A stretch of DNA of 64,000 nt from Podarcis pityusensis (lineage: Eukaryota): NCBI GenBank assembly GCA_964106645.2, contig OZ067043.1. One strand, written 5' to 3'. The translations under genes were made by a program, and so were the position numbers. Positions 50,332 through 64,000 of the stretch are shown here, in pieces (the stretch's first letter is position 1; every line of letters begins with the position of its first letter). Below the pieces are notes generated by a model. That model ran no database searches and was not told the origin of the DNA. It was given only the letters and a program-made list of their open reading frames with translations.

Positions 50332-52061
50332 GTGGTTCATATGCATATGATTAAAAATAGGAAGACTCCACTAGACCTCCACAAAAGTGTGTAGGCATGG
50401 ACCTGAGTGCCATTATAGAAGACAATAACATACGCATGAGTTTCTGTAACATCGGTGATCAAGTTAATTATCCCACTGCAGGGCTAGAGCTTAAACACTG
50501 TTCGAAATGGCGGCATTTCAATCTATATTTTTGGCAAGATGCTCTTGCCTTCTAAGTGAGGTAAACTTGAGAATTCTCATGAAATGCACAAAGAAAGAAA
50601 GAAGATACTTCATTTAATTAGCACAGCATGTACTTGACAGTTGGGAACAATTTACTAACAAGGGAACAGTGGACAGTGAATTATGGGTGTTGCTTGTATT
50701 AGACATGACACTGCTTTATTTCTGAATGCCACTTTGAGGGCCTCCCTGAGCCAAAAGGCAGTATATGAGAGGAAAGAAAAATCTTATTTGTGTATCTACA
50801 AGTTCTCTGATTTCAAACTCTTCTGTTAAGTGCATATCCACATATATTTTTTATTATTATTGTTTGTTTTGTAAATGGTATGATGCAATACCCTGCTACT
50901 GCACTTTAAATTAAATATATATAATATAAAGGTTTTTTAAAAAATGAATAATATAAAATACAAAATAAAAACTCTTCAAAAAGACTAACTTCCCCTGCTG
51001 ATTATGGGAGCTGGATATCCAGCAATTCTCTTCCTACCCTACCCCAGATAAAAGGCAGCACATTTAATCCAAACAATCATTGTAATAGCTATCCAGGTGA
51101 TTTGGACTTCATGGGGCCAGCCATATCACTCTCTTTTATTACATAAATGTATATCTTGAAATCATAATGTGTATTTCTGCAACACTTTAGACACAGCAAT
51201 AACCTCTACTGGTTTTTTAGTTCTAGTGCAAGAAATGGTATCAATAAAGGCTCCTATGGCTAATTCTTTTTCTTCTTTTTTTTAAAGTAAAATATCAGTC
51301 AATCTTTATGCAAATACACTATTTGTGAATTGGTCAGATTTAATGCAGAATGGGCTACCAAAACACTACCGTTTCCCATTTGTGCTGCTTATCACATGAA
51401 TGATACACAAGTCTTGTGCTTTTTTCCAATTCTCAAACAGAGGACTCAACAGGAGGTGGTTGTTAATAAGTAAAAGCATTAGTCTCTTTATAAGGCAGCT
51501 TTGCAAAGCCATGCTTTTGTCCTGTTAATAAATGGGAAACCAGAAATTACCAGTAATTTCACTTGGAGCACAAAAGGAAAGTAATTGTGAGAAATATCAA
51601 ACACAGTGCTCTGAATAATTATAGCACATAACTGGCTGAGGTTTTAAATCAAGGGTACTTATCTTAATTGAACATCTGAAATGTTTTATTTATACAAAGA
51701 AAAGGTGTAAGAAAATTTAACTGATCCAAAGCATGAGGAATATAGTGCTTTGTTCTGGAAGATACTCATATGTGAACTCCTCCTTTTCCTTTGACAGGAT
51801 AGTAGGTAGTGCTTTAAAGCCAGCAGCATTCTCAAAGCACATTAAAGTTCATACAGACCTTTTGGGTGAAGAAGCACTTTCTGGTTATCCACAACAGAAC
51901 CACTGTGTTTTTATTTCAACAGCAGAAATGTTGCCTAAATTTTAAATAAACCAGGTTGGATATTGTGGTTCCTTCTGTCAGTGATCCATATAATTCTCCT
52001 GCTTTCAGTGCATCCTTTCATGAACCACACTTACAGCACATGCATATTATATTGCTATAAG

Positions 52062-52178
52062 CAGGGCTTTTTTCCAGCCAGAACTCACTGGAACTCAGTT
52101 CTGGCACCTCTCCAGTGGGTGCCATTGCTATTATAAGAGAACAAGGGAGGTGTTCATTTTTCTAGAAAAATAGCACTG
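52062..52178. mobile_element. Short hAT-like MITE
   Basis: CAGGGCTTTTTTC / GAAAAATAGCACTG; flanks GCTATAAG / GTTATGAG (6/8). Confidence 0.55.
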
Positions 52179-52312
52179 GTTATGAGTTGGGGGGCAGACC
52201 CCCCAAAATCTCTACATTCAGTGAAGGGTCAGAATTTGAACTCTTAAATTCATGAAATAACACCAACCAGCTTCCTCATAAGTTCATCCAGGTGATGGCT
52301 CAGAAAGGCTTA

Positions 52313-54604
52313 TGATGTCTTGGTTTGTTTGATAATGGGAGCCATCAGCCAAACAGGATCCCGGCATGGAGGAGGCGGATGCCAGGGTAACAGGGGGTGT
52401 GATGTCACCACAGGAAAAGTGTGTCTGAGGCTTTTAAAGCCAGAACTACATGCACAGTAGTTAGAAGAGGCTGCACCAAGAGATCAGGGGGCATGACAGG
52501 CAGCTGCTTTGCACCCAAGCTTGCTGAAGCTATGAGAGGAGCAACAAGAGACACTCTTGGGGTGTACTGTTCTGAATTCACTCACTCCAAATCCAGGATG
52601 TAAATATGTGTAAAATAGGGATAACAGTGGGGCAACAAGCCTACAAACTGAAGGCTCTTGCAGATGACTTGATGCAATCTGCGGAGGAACCATTGGAATC
52701 TATCCCAAAGGCACTGGAAGATATTAAGAAATTTGGAGAAGTAGCAGGTTTCAGAAAAAATAAGAGTTAAACTAAAATGCTGGTGAAGAATGAGAAAGCT
52801 AATGTAAAGAATGATTTACAGATAAGTACTGGACTAATGGTAGAGAAAAAGATTAAATACCTAGGAATATTGTTCACAGCAAGAAATATTAATCTATTTC
52901 AAGACAACTATGTTAAAACTTGTAGAGAAATTAAGAAAAATATTGAAATATGGGGAAGGATGAAACTTTTGTCAATGGGTCGGATGTCAGTCATAAAAAT
53001 GTATTACCGAATATGCTTTTCTTATTCCGAACAGCTCCAGAGATCAGCAATGTAGGAAGCTTCAAAGAGTGGTGAAAGGGCATTTCTAGGTTTATCTGGC
53101 AGGGGAAGACGCTAAGGATAAAATATAAAATTTAAATAGATGTTAAAGAAAGAGGTGGATTCTCCCTGCCAGATTTAAGATTATACAATGAGACATCATC
53201 TTAGTTGGTTAAATGAGTGGTTAACATTGAAAAATACACAGGTATTACATCTAGGGGACACAATAACAAATTTGGCTGGCATACATATCTGTGGTATGGG
53301 AAAACTGGAATGCATAAAGGTTTCATAAATCATGCAATGGGGGGGGGGGGAATATAGTGCGGGATAAATACAAAAACTTGCTGGAAAGGAGAATACCACT
53401 ATGGATTTCACTCACAGAAACCATATCGTTGAAAAAAAGAAATATGAGAGATGATTGGGCAACATGTAGAGATTTGTTAACAGGGGTGGAGTGTGAGATT
53501 AGACTAAAGAGGTTTGAGGAGGTAACAGAAACAGTAACAAGTTCTTTACAATATTATCAGTTTAATGAGCTATTTAATTTGTTTAAAAAATCTTTACGAA
53601 TCAATCTTTCAGCTAGAAAGAGACCTGCTAGAGAATAATCAAAAAGTAATGCTTAAAATGCATAAGATGCTATTAGAATGGCAAACAAAAGACCAACAGG
53701 TGAAATAATCAATGAGACACTGGGCAATAGAAATAGGACATAATATTGAAATGGCTGTGTGGGAACGATTGCGGAATGTGGATTTGAAACTGACAGCATG
53801 TTATGAGATAAAAGAAAACTATATGAAAATGATCTATAGATGGTATCTGACACCTACTAAATTAGCAAAAATGTTTAAGTCAGAATCAGATACCTTCTGG
53901 AAGTGTAAAGAGAAGGAGGATACCTTTTTCCATATGTGGTGGCCATGTAGGGTAACAAAAGCATTCTGGGAAATGATTTATGAGTTGAAAAAAATGTTGA
54001 AGATAACTGTTGTTAAAAAAAACAAGGTTTTCTATTAGGAAAACATTGTTTATGTATGCTACTACTACTTCCCAAATGATATCTGCCCAGAAATGGAAAG
54101 AAGAAGCAGTTCCAACTAAGGACTAGCAACTAAAACTGATGGAGTACGCAGAAATGGTGAAACTTACTGGAAGGGTAAAAAATCAAGAAGAAAGATTATT
54201 TAATATAGAATGGGGGGAAATCATGGACTATTTGAATTTTTTTTGTAAACAAATCATTAGCAGGATTGACATTAAAAGTAAATAAATTAAAAGGAATATA
54301 AAAGGAAAATTAGTAAATAGGCTTGAACTGGATATACAGTACAGTGGTAAAAGATATAACATGTAACTGCAGAAAGAGAGTTGGAAAGATTTTGGATTGA
54401 TTGTGTAATTTCTTTTTTCTTTCTTAAAATATTTGTAAATTGAGAAAATAAAAATAAAAAAGGAGAATATATGCAAAGTAAACCATATTTCTTACAGAAC
54501 GTAGTCTCTGCTGTGCTTTATTTCAAAGAAATGCAAACTCGGTTAAGTACCAAGACCCCTGGAATTTTGCTACAGCTTGGCAGAGATTAGAGTAGCCCAT
54601 AACA
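52313..54604 (+). mobile_element. Probable solo LTR, same family as 6495-8663, interrupted by L1; 5' boundary uncertain
   Basis: 54479-54604 is homologous to 8530-8663 and ends TAGCCCATAACA. Confidence 0.45.
52618..54465 (+). mobile_element. 5'-truncated, degenerate L1-clade LINE (ORF2 RT to C-terminus, A-rich tail)
   Basis: YKLKALADDL, IKYLGI, GGFSLPDLRLY and WKCKEKEDTFFHMWWPC (C-terminal Cys motif). Degenerate TSD AATATGTGTAAAATA (52603-52617) / AATATATGCAAAGTA (54466-54480). Confidence 0.9.
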
Positions 54605-54959
54605 ATATTCTCTACAGACAGAACCTTTTGCAGAAAATTTCACACATCTATATCTTAGTCGTTTTTCAAACTCTGGGAAATCAAACCAGACTGGTTATTT
54701 TCGCTCCAAATCCTCTCATTAGAACTGTCTGAAGGACATGGCACCCAATATTTAGGAAGTATAAATACAAGAGCTCTATTTCTTCAACTTTACAGACTTC
54801 CAGCCAATTTCATAGGTCTCCACTTGTTACAATCCAAGCCCCACAAACTTATCTAGTTATTCCCGTTGCTATATATGTGGTATTAAAAAGAGATACTGAC
54901 ATTTCCAAAACTACTCCATTAAATGACCAGCAATTTGAATCAGAATCTCCCATTCCTTG

Positions 54960-55150
54960 CCAAGCCAAGTCACCTAATATGCAAACAGTTCCAGGATATG
55001 GTGGGCAATCCTTTGCCAGAGGTATTTTTCCATAGGGGCTGGGTGGACATTTGTCAGGGATACTGTAGTTGCACATTGTATTGCAGGTCCTGCATCAAGC
55101 AGGACATTGCACTAGTTGACCTTCAAAATCCTTACCAGTTCTATAAATTT
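54960..55150 (+). mobile_element. Old CR1 3' fragment
   Basis: GGTGGGCAATCCTTTGCCAGAGGT...CATTTGTCAGGGAT...GACCTTCAAAATCC..CCAGTTCTAT resembles CR1 3' ends. Confidence 0.45.
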
Positions 55151-56271
55151 CCATGTGAAATTTGTCTAAACGAGTTAACTTAAATTGGTTTGACTGGAAT
55201 GTAATTTAACAAAAAATGATGAAAATTAAGTTTCAGCGGCAATAGTATTTCCTTATTATGAAGTTAGCCTCTGTGGTAGTATACCCCCGAGAAAGTATGT
55301 GTCTAATGAGCCCAAAAGCCAAGTGGGTAGGTTCTTCTTAAGTTGTTTTCACATGGCAGTGCAAAATACATTTTCAACTCCTTTTGCAGCAACTAACCAT
55401 GCAGGCACTGCTTAGAATTGCTCCTGCTGTCACCAGGAGTTAATAGACATGGAGACTGGAGATGCTAAGCACAAAGCAGAAATAATTGAGTGCTTCCTCC
55501 CTAAATGAAGTGTGGGAGATGATGGAAAAGCTGCAAAGAATCACCAGCCTGAGGCTGCACAAAGTGTCAACAAGACAGGAGTACATCTCTGATACAGCTG
55601 CAGCCAGATTCTTTGACTAATCACTCGACAGCCCCATGTCAGAAACAATTTGCTGCCTCTAGGGGGGGAAATGCAAAAGTGCTTGTTTTCAGCTTTCTGC
55701 AGTCTTTAGCTATATAGTAAACTTCATTTAATGGCAAAAACACTCAAAGGCTGGTACAAGCTCATTTGTTGCAAAGCAAATGGGGAGGATACATTTTGTT
55801 TCATATATCAGATTTACAAATGCTAGAAAAGTAATTTTTACAAAATAATAATCTGGGAGTGTGCATTATAGTTCATCTGGCAGGGAAGGCACTGTTTTGC
55901 TTAACAAATGAACAAATGAACAAACATTCTACCTTCTGCAACACACAAGCAGCCTTATGCGGCTCTCTGTTGTTCTCCTAACAAACATCTAATGATTCTA
56001 CAGCAAAGTACAGCAAGAACAGATTATCTGTGGGAGCTCTCATAAAAAAATTATTATTTTCTTAAAAAATAATACAGAATTGATAGAATGAGAATTACAT
56101 TCACATGCATGTAGCCTGATCCTCATTTACTCAAAAGTAATTGCACTTATTTCAGCGGTACTTGTACTCAAGTAAACATACAGAATTGCAAACTGAAAGG
56201 TAAAATGCTACTCTAAAATGAATAAAGACACACTGGCCAAAATGTGACACTTATTGCAGCTATTGTAGCTG

Positions 56272-56307
<36 letters not shown>

Positions 56308-56599
56308 GACTGCCTATTGACTTGGTAACTAAAAAATCTTCTGCTGAATTTGCACAATGTATGATAACTAGAAATATAAACATGTTTAATGTTATTTGAA
56401 AGTTCAAACCACCCCATCTCTGTATACCTATTGCAAGAATTATGTGATGACACACTATTAACATGTAAAGCAGGACAAAAATGTGTATTTAGTTCCCATT
56501 TATGTCATTAATGAGTGTGAACAAGGTTTTCTGAATACAGGTATTGCCAGATGAAAATAGTTCATCTAAAATAGTTGCAGAAATGTGAAATATACTTAC

Positions 56600-56742
56600 C
56601 ACAGAAAGAGTGAATGTAATGGAGTTTCTTTTTGACCAAATATTTTAAGAATTGGTCTGTAAGTTGTTATATCGTTTATGTCTCTTAAAAAAACATTTTG
56701 GTCTACCTCTGCACCTGTGCTGAACTGGCATATGGCTCTCAT
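56600..56742 (-). other. Candidate first coding exon (MRAICQFSTGAEVDQNVFLRDINDITTYRPILKIFGQKETPLHSLFL + 2 nt, phase 2)
   Basis: ATG at 56742 preceded by an in-frame TAA; 47 open codons ending at GTG|GTAAGT (56600/56599); non-repetitive context. Protein not recognised. Confidence 0.35.
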
Positions 56743-59700
56743 CACAGTATATTACACAATGAACAATATGCCCAGAATCAAGATGTGCAAACAAAAATGA
56801 ACTTTGGATCTGGCATTTAGAATGCAATAAAAATGCATTCTTTTTGTGAAGCAGGCCCCTTTTATTTATGGAACTCAAACTGTCCAAACAGACAGATAAA
56901 ATACTCTTCCCTGTAATGTAATAAGCAGAATTCCACTTACCTGTAAATGTTACTCCTTGAGCGCTTGCCTGGGGAATTCCATTTATTGGATTGTACATGT
57001 GCAAAGAGAGCAATGATCAGTCCCTACTGTAGCACTCATTGAATATCAAGTTTTTCACAGAGAGGCATGAAAATTGAGTGAAAGCATGCCTTTCACCTCT
57101 CAAAGGCCCGCGAGTGGAGAATGAGGAAGGCAGACACATGAATCCATGCAGAGCTGCTGGGCCCTGCCTGCCTCATAACTTCCTTCTTCCCCCTCCTTTA
57201 TTATATAGTGATTGCACCCATTTTATTTGTATGTTTTATTTATATAACTAGGCATATAACAGGATTGGGGGGGCACTAATGTATCAGCCTTGACGGAACA
57301 GTATGCCACAATTTAATAAGAATTTAACAAACTTTACCATTGATTAATTCATGGGCATAACCTTGTTACAATCAAAACATCTGGACTGTGAACCATAGGC
57401 ATTTATTTTACTATTTTACAAGCCACTACTACTGCTTTGCCACGGTAATTTTTCACCCATTATCTTGCTCCGTATTTTGAAACCCAGTGAAGAAAGTCCA
57501 TTGTTACAGGTGAGATCATTGAAATGGAACTTGGTCAAAGTGCAATAATAAAATGAAAAAGAATACAGTAAAAAGGAAAAGCTTGGCGGTCATAATCATG
57601 GCTATTGTTCTTGATTTCATGGTCTCTGCACAGTCTAAAACATTAAGAGCAACTCATAAAATAATAATAACAATATGCACTGAAATAAAACTGGTTTATC
57701 CTGAATAACAGGGGACTGACCAGATTAAACAAATCAATGTTATTTCTGGCTTCCATCCTAGTGGTGATATTGGAGGGAACAATCAATTCATTTTTGCAGA
57801 ATATTTGTTCTTTCTGTTTGTTCTCTTTCTCAAATGCATCAGTTTTGATCTAAAATTGCTCACTTGTTTTCTTCTTTTAGCATCACAACTTGTTCATCTA
57901 TATTTGTGTCAAAGTTTCCAGCGGTGCTGTTAATACAAACACACCCCACAGATTAATCAGGTGATGTGATCATTTATGTGCTACAATTAATATTGTTTTT
58001 AAAAGATATATTTATGGTATTTTCATAATACAGATTTGTTGTCCTCTTTTGTTTTCAGTATTCTTAAAAGTGTAGATAGTTCTACATGTTCTTGCCATTT
58101 ATTGCACCAATACATAATGAAGGTACTTAATTTTTCAATGTAAATATTATTTAAGTGCCTCACCAGATTGCCCCTGATCAAGCAGCCAGGAACAATCCAG
58201 GGTCAAGGGGCAGGGCAGTGAGCAGGAAGGAAGAGAGACACATGGAGTCTGCAGAAAGAGCAGCATGAAACTGTTTACAAGAGGGCTTTCTAGCAGCCCT
58301 TTAGCTGTACATGCCTCTTCCCAGCAGGGAAACTGCACACATGGTCAAACTGAGCAGGATTGAACGCTCTGCTCACCAGCTTGTTGCAGGGAGCTACTTC
58401 GCTAGTTTGCTCCTCACATGGAATGCACTGGTGAAGCAGAACCCTGCAGGACTGAACCCTCCATTCACCAGCTGGTAAGTGAACAATGCAGTTCTGCTCA
58501 GTTTGGCTGTGGGTGCAGGGGTGTGCTTCGCCAACATGTTCCTCATGCTATATGTGAATAAGCTTCCACATGAGGTCTTGGGACCATGCATAAATAGAGA
58601 TAAGCCATTTGTGTATGAACTGATATTAAAGTCTCTCCTTCCTATTTTCCTTCCATACAAAAGTGTATGTGGAAAAAATGCCATCCCCCATTTTGTGTGT
58701 GGAATAGACTGCAAAACTGGGAGCCATTTTTGGTATACCTTTATCTAGAACAGATTGCTGTTGATTCTTTCCAGTCCTATGATTTATGAGGAGCTCTTTA
58801 GAATCAGCCACCTCTATTTCCACTGGTGACATATTTTTCAGTTTGATATATTTGAAATGTGACATTTTATGAAATCTACTTGAAGCAACACAAACTTTGT
58901 CTTTCTTCCCACCCACTCTGTTCACAGAATGAAAGAGCCCAATATTTAAAACGTATCTGCAATATAAGAGGCATCATGTATATGAATGATTAGTATCTAC
59001 TATTTATTCATATCAGTTTGTTCTGCATTTTCAAACTATAACCAATTTTTAAGAATATGACAGCAACACAGAATTGTGGAGCTAATGTTTATTATCTCTC
59101 AATGCTTTTTAGCACCAATTTGTCCTTTTTACAGCTAAAATTATGACTGCTCTAGTTCACAGCCAGGCAAACACAAAATGGCATCTTTTCAACAATCTGG
59201 GCTCCTCCTAGCTGAAATAGCTAGCAACAGAAATTTATAACTGAATGTAAACAATTCTGTGACAAATGTAGAATGGAAATATAGTTCAGATTATTCTGGC
59301 CAGGAAGTCTCTGGACAGAGGGACATTTTTCTTCTGGTGTCACTGTCCTGTTTGAATATTAAAAGTTGTGTTAAACAGACTTGGATGAAAAACAAAGACA
59401 GGGAGAGATAGGGTCTACAGGTAGGACAATACTCTTCTTTTGTTCACAGATGGAGGATTTTTGATTTTCTAAACCGAAAGGCCAGCAGAGACAAGTTAGT
59501 CTGTTCAGTTTTGAGGAAGCATTGTGCTCCTTGCAGTGGCTTGTACAGGGTAAGCAGAATTTACTCTAAATGGTTGCTTATGTTCTATGGGATTGTTTGC
59601 TGTATATGGAAGACAGAGAGCCTTTCTTTCATAGGTTTAGTGACTTGGGTGCTACAAATTTGTCTTTAGGGACTGACCTTCAGAACAAGAATCTCTGGGG

Positions 59701-61133
59701 CTCAGTGTTTGAGAGTTTATAACAGGTTGTGAAAGCTACAAGGCTTTAGGAAAGGCTGTGATTGAAATATAATCATACTGTTGCCAGCAGAAGGAGGTAA
59801 CAGGGCCTTTCCATTAAACCTGGGAGGAGATTGTTCTTAGAGAATGGATGCCAACCATTTAAAGTGTTTAAATGCAGATATATATATAGATTCAAAAAGA
59901 AACGGCATGGCTAAAGGCAGTGGTACTGTGAAGATGGTGCCATTTTACATGCTTTATTTCTGTAGTTCATGGCATCAGTGAACTCAGCATAATCTGATAT
60001 TAGTTATTTATTTCATAAAAATTATACACCGCTTGATTGAAAATACTAAGCATCTGGTTAGGCTTGTCTATACAATAATGTTTTTAGCAGGTACCAAAAA
60101 TTACAGTGAAGACACCTGCTGGATATCAATAGGAAGGGAGTTCCAAAGTGTAGGTGCTGCCACATTAAATGATTGGTTTCTCACAAATGCAAAACAGGTG
60201 TTATGTGGCACATGTAGTAGTGCAGACAGCCCAATTAAAACCATTGTAGCATATCAGGTATCTCTAGTCAATATAAATATATCATTTCCCCATTCCCCTA
60301 GATGTATTTTATTATTTACTTATTCTTTAGATTTATACCCTTTCAAATTTATTATATCAATGTTACTTACAATAAAAAAATCCAACCTACTGTAAAACAA
60401 AATACTTTAGGTGTCAGAGTACACATCAGTTTACTGCAAGTGTATCTTTACTGTTTCCCATCATTTTCCTATTCGTATCAAGATTTCATAAAGTATGGAA
60501 GAAACAAATTATACTCAACAAAGAAAGCAATCCATTATTATGTGGTGTTAAGCAAGACAGCATAAAATATGCACAGAAGCTGGGTATTTTAAAAACTTAC
60601 TCAAGAGATGGAATACTGTTCTTTAAAAAGGTATAGGAATTTTTTACGTAATTTCACTGATGAAGAAGTATAGCTATATCCTAATAAAGTAAAATCTGAA
60701 TTTTCTACATTTAATATCTGCAATGGCACAGGATTATAGCCTAAACAAACTATTGCTGATGATTCAGGTTATCAGGGACTACATAATTTTTTTTTAATAT
60801 TTATGCTAATAATGGAAACAATTGCCTTCTCCTTAAAATATTTATTTTCATTGTACTATGGAAACTTCTCCAAACATTCCTTATAATGTTCAGTTTGAAA
60901 AGAAAGATAATGAATTAACATTCACAACTAAGAATAGTCTATTTGTCCTAGATGAGCAGTTGCAGGATAAAAATAATCCATTTGTTTTGATTAAGGGATC
61001 TGTCAGCTTTGAACTGCTTAAACACTATCCTCCTCTTACATAACAGAGACATTATTTTAATATTCATTGTTTTCAGTAATATGCCCTTCTTTCAGACTAC
61101 TAAAATAAGAGTGAAACAGGAAGGGGAATGAGG

Positions 61134-61135
<2 letters not shown>

Positions 61136-61180
<45 letters not shown>
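61136..61180. repeat. (CT)n(AT)n compound microsatellite
   Basis: Directly visible. Confidence 0.9.
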
Positions 61181-61181
<1 letters not shown>

Positions 61182-64000
61182 CACCTTGTGCTACAGCTTG
61201 TCGTAACTTCCCAGCTAGCTGGAATTCTAGGAAGGTAGCCAGAGGAATAGGGGATGCTCCTGAAGAAGCTGAGATAGAGAAAGATGAATAGAAGTTCTAG
61301 AGAGGAGAAGGAAAGCTGGGGAGAAGGTGAAGGAAAGGCACAAAACCAGGGAAGGAATGAAGGGGGAAGCACTTGCCCCTCTTACGTCATACCTCCCCTC
61401 AGAAAAGGGGGGGGGGCTGCAGTCTGCCTGTGAACATTTGAATTCTGACACGCTCCTAATAATCAAAACCCTATTTTTTCAAGCTCCATACAGACAGCAA
61501 GAAGCCCAATCACTTTCTGAAGTTCCAAGAAATGAGGCAATGCAGAGGAATGTTAAGGAACCTGGAGAAAGAGGGAAGGCAAAAGAAATACCTCACAGAG
61601 AAATGAGGGTTGAAGAATGAGGGAGAGGAGGGTTTCTGGTTCCTATCTGCCTTAGTGGAGGCAGCCCCCATGACATCACAGGGATCAAAGGCGGAGAAAA
61701 ACAAGAATGATAGAGGGTAAATCAGTCTTGGAAATTCCTCCCAGGGAAGGGAGGAACAGGCTTCACTTGCAGTCCATCTCAGTAGCCGGCAGTGAATGAG
61801 GGGATCAGGGAGGCACTGAGTGTAAAAGCACTTCACCTGGTGAAAACCCTCCTACACCATCATTAAGAAGCAGAGGTTCTCCTGTTAACTGGTGATTAAT
61901 TAAAACGAAAGTACTCCAATATCCCATGCAGTGGAAGCTGGATCCCACTTTCTTGGGCTGTCAAAATTTCTAAATGTTGAATGAGTAGTGAGAAAGAGTG
62001 GACTGATGGTGTATGTTGTTGTTTGGAAACACCAAGCAAGATGAGAGCATGATAGGAGGGAGCTAATGAGATATTTTGAGAATTCTCCAGGATTACAGCC
62101 CCACCTCTCATTCCTAAGCTAAGAGACAACATCAGCTGGAGGAATTTCAAGAATGGGACAGCAGACAAAGTCCAAGGACTTGATAATTGGACATTTATTG
62201 ACACGAATAGTAATCACTAAAAATGCAGCTGTTATCTAAATGATTAATATACCAACTGAAAGGTAATTAAATATTAATAAAAAATATGCTGCAGCAATAT
62301 AAGAACTGGAAAAAAAACATTGATCAAGGAGCACAGGAAACCACTTTGATTAAATTGTATAAATTTGGAAATAATTGGAATTATTTTGATATTAATTGGA
62401 ATCTGTATAATTGGCAAAACTGTGGTTAATAAAACTTTATTATAAAAAAAAAGAAGAGGAGGAGGAGAGTAGCTTTGCTGATCAACAACTCTGGCATTTA
62501 TTCCAGCTCTCGAATGATGTCATAGAACAAAGGTTATCTACCTCTGATTTACTGCCTCTAAGAATCCCCCAAGAGCAATTAGCAAACACAATTACCTAAA
62601 ATTTCAGGAACTTTTTTTTGTGTGAATATCAAGAAATATGATTGTGTGCAAGACATTAGTATTTCCTCTGTTCTGTATAGACTGCTCATTCCATGCAGAG
62701 CATGGGAGGGGCACAGACGCTGTTACAAAATTCTTAGGGGTGCAAAATTTCTGCTCCTCACTCATCTGAACTGCCCCTGAACTGCAGCCGCACCTCAGAA
62801 ATTTTCTCAGCAGCACCCACAGCCAGTTCTGCAGAGCACTGGCTCCATCAGCCAATGGCAGGGCAGAAAGGCCGGGACCTAGACCTGGTTTGTGCTTGTA
62901 AGCAAGGGACTACAGGTTCTACTATAATGGAAGCAGCTGCTAGTTAGGCTCAGAAAGATAGGGGACAGAACAAAAGTGGGGAGCAGTAGGCAGGAAGGAT
63001 TGTAACAGGGGTGAAACAGAGCAAGAAGGAGCTCGTGACGGAGAGATGTGCCCTTGCTCACCGCAGCCAATTCATTCTGTTTCTCCATCTTTCGTTTTGT
63101 TCTCCTTGCCTTATGCTTATATAAAAGTGGGGAGGAGAGTGGGAGAGATAATAGCTGGTGGCAGTGGCAGTGACTGGTGAGAGCTGAGGCTATGCTTCTC
63201 CCGCTCAAAACTGCCATCCCTAAGAGATGGAAGAGGCTGTGGCACCCATTCAGTTAGCTGAATGGGTGTGGGGTGTAGGAGCCGTTGCCCCCTCACTCTC
63301 TTTGGAGGGGGGAGTTAATGGACTGGGCAGGGGTTGAGGGGAGAGAGAAGCCATTCAACACCCTCCTTCTCTGGTGAGGGGTCCTCCCTTCCCCTCTGCC
63401 CCACCCTGGCTACGGAGACCTGCTTCTGCCTCAGAATTGAAGCTGTGCGGAGGCACCCGCACAGCATATAAGGTGGTGCAGAAGGAACCCCCCTTTTAAC
63501 TTCCTCTTCTCTTCTCACACCCTCTTGTGGAGGAAGGTTGCTGCTCACCCCAACCCCTCCTCTCCCCCACCCTTCAGCCATCCCCCGGCAATGTGACTAG
63601 AAAAATCCCTTCAGCACTTTTGCAGGGAAAGCACCACAACTCCAGAACTTTGTATGCAGCCTTAAGGGGGCCTGGCTCTCCCCCTACCCCAATATGTAGG
63701 GATGTGTGAGGGATGTGTTTGTGTGTTGGGGGAGTTGCCGCAGAGGAGGCACAATACTTGCCTTACTCTGGGCGCTGACAACCCACAGGCACAGGCAAGG
63801 GTTATCCAGCACTTGGTGGGCCACCAATGCAAATATGTTGTGCACACTTAATTTAAAGAACCAAAAGCTTTCTTAACAATTGAGTCATCTGTTCTCTTTA
63901 TCATCGGTTTTTACTTGAATAAATTCATATATATAAGTTGTCTGGGAAAGGCTGTTTGTGTTAACCTCAGGAGCATGTAGATAGTGATGTTTATTTTATA

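Noticed and set aside
56600-56742. Assigning a gene symbol to the candidate exon
   Set aside because: I do not recognise the peptide; the phase-2 ending alone cannot identify a gene.
58390-58474. Plus-strand exon candidate (TTGCAG| ... CTG|GTAAGT)
   Set aside because: It is isolated, opposite in orientation to the other candidates, and its peptide is unrecognised; such motifs arise by chance in 64 kb.

Overview
This is vertebrate genomic DNA. The repeat content (Sauria SINEs, RTE-BovB, CR1/L2 fragments, a Penelope-like element, OC1-type hAT) points to a squamate and probably a lacertid lizard; the species assignment is inference. It reads as a large intron or intergenic stretch with no recognisable multi-exon host gene and no rRNA, tRNA gene or CRISPR array. 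The best-supported elements are: (1) a young Penelope-like insertion (6975-8478, 13-bp TSD) with 534-bp near-perfect inverted arms, each carrying a minimal hammerhead ribozyme motif; (2) a near full-length BovB LINE (9842-13040, 12-bp TSD); (3) an internally deleted OC1/Charlie-type hAT (2552-3814); (4) a ~2.2-kb L1-derived element lacking RT/EN but carrying its own 174-aa ORF (1-2174); (5) a 3-kb hAT-bounded composite holding a SCAN/Gag-protease LTR-retrotransposon remnant with a further nested MITE (46751-49795); (6) a 5'-truncated L1 (52618-54465). There are also many MITEs, SINEs and LINE ends. A few minus-strand exon-like segments (notably 56600-56742) hint at an unidentified host gene. 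I found no clearly new biological system; the most novel candidates are the L1-derived ORF element and the composite hAT.
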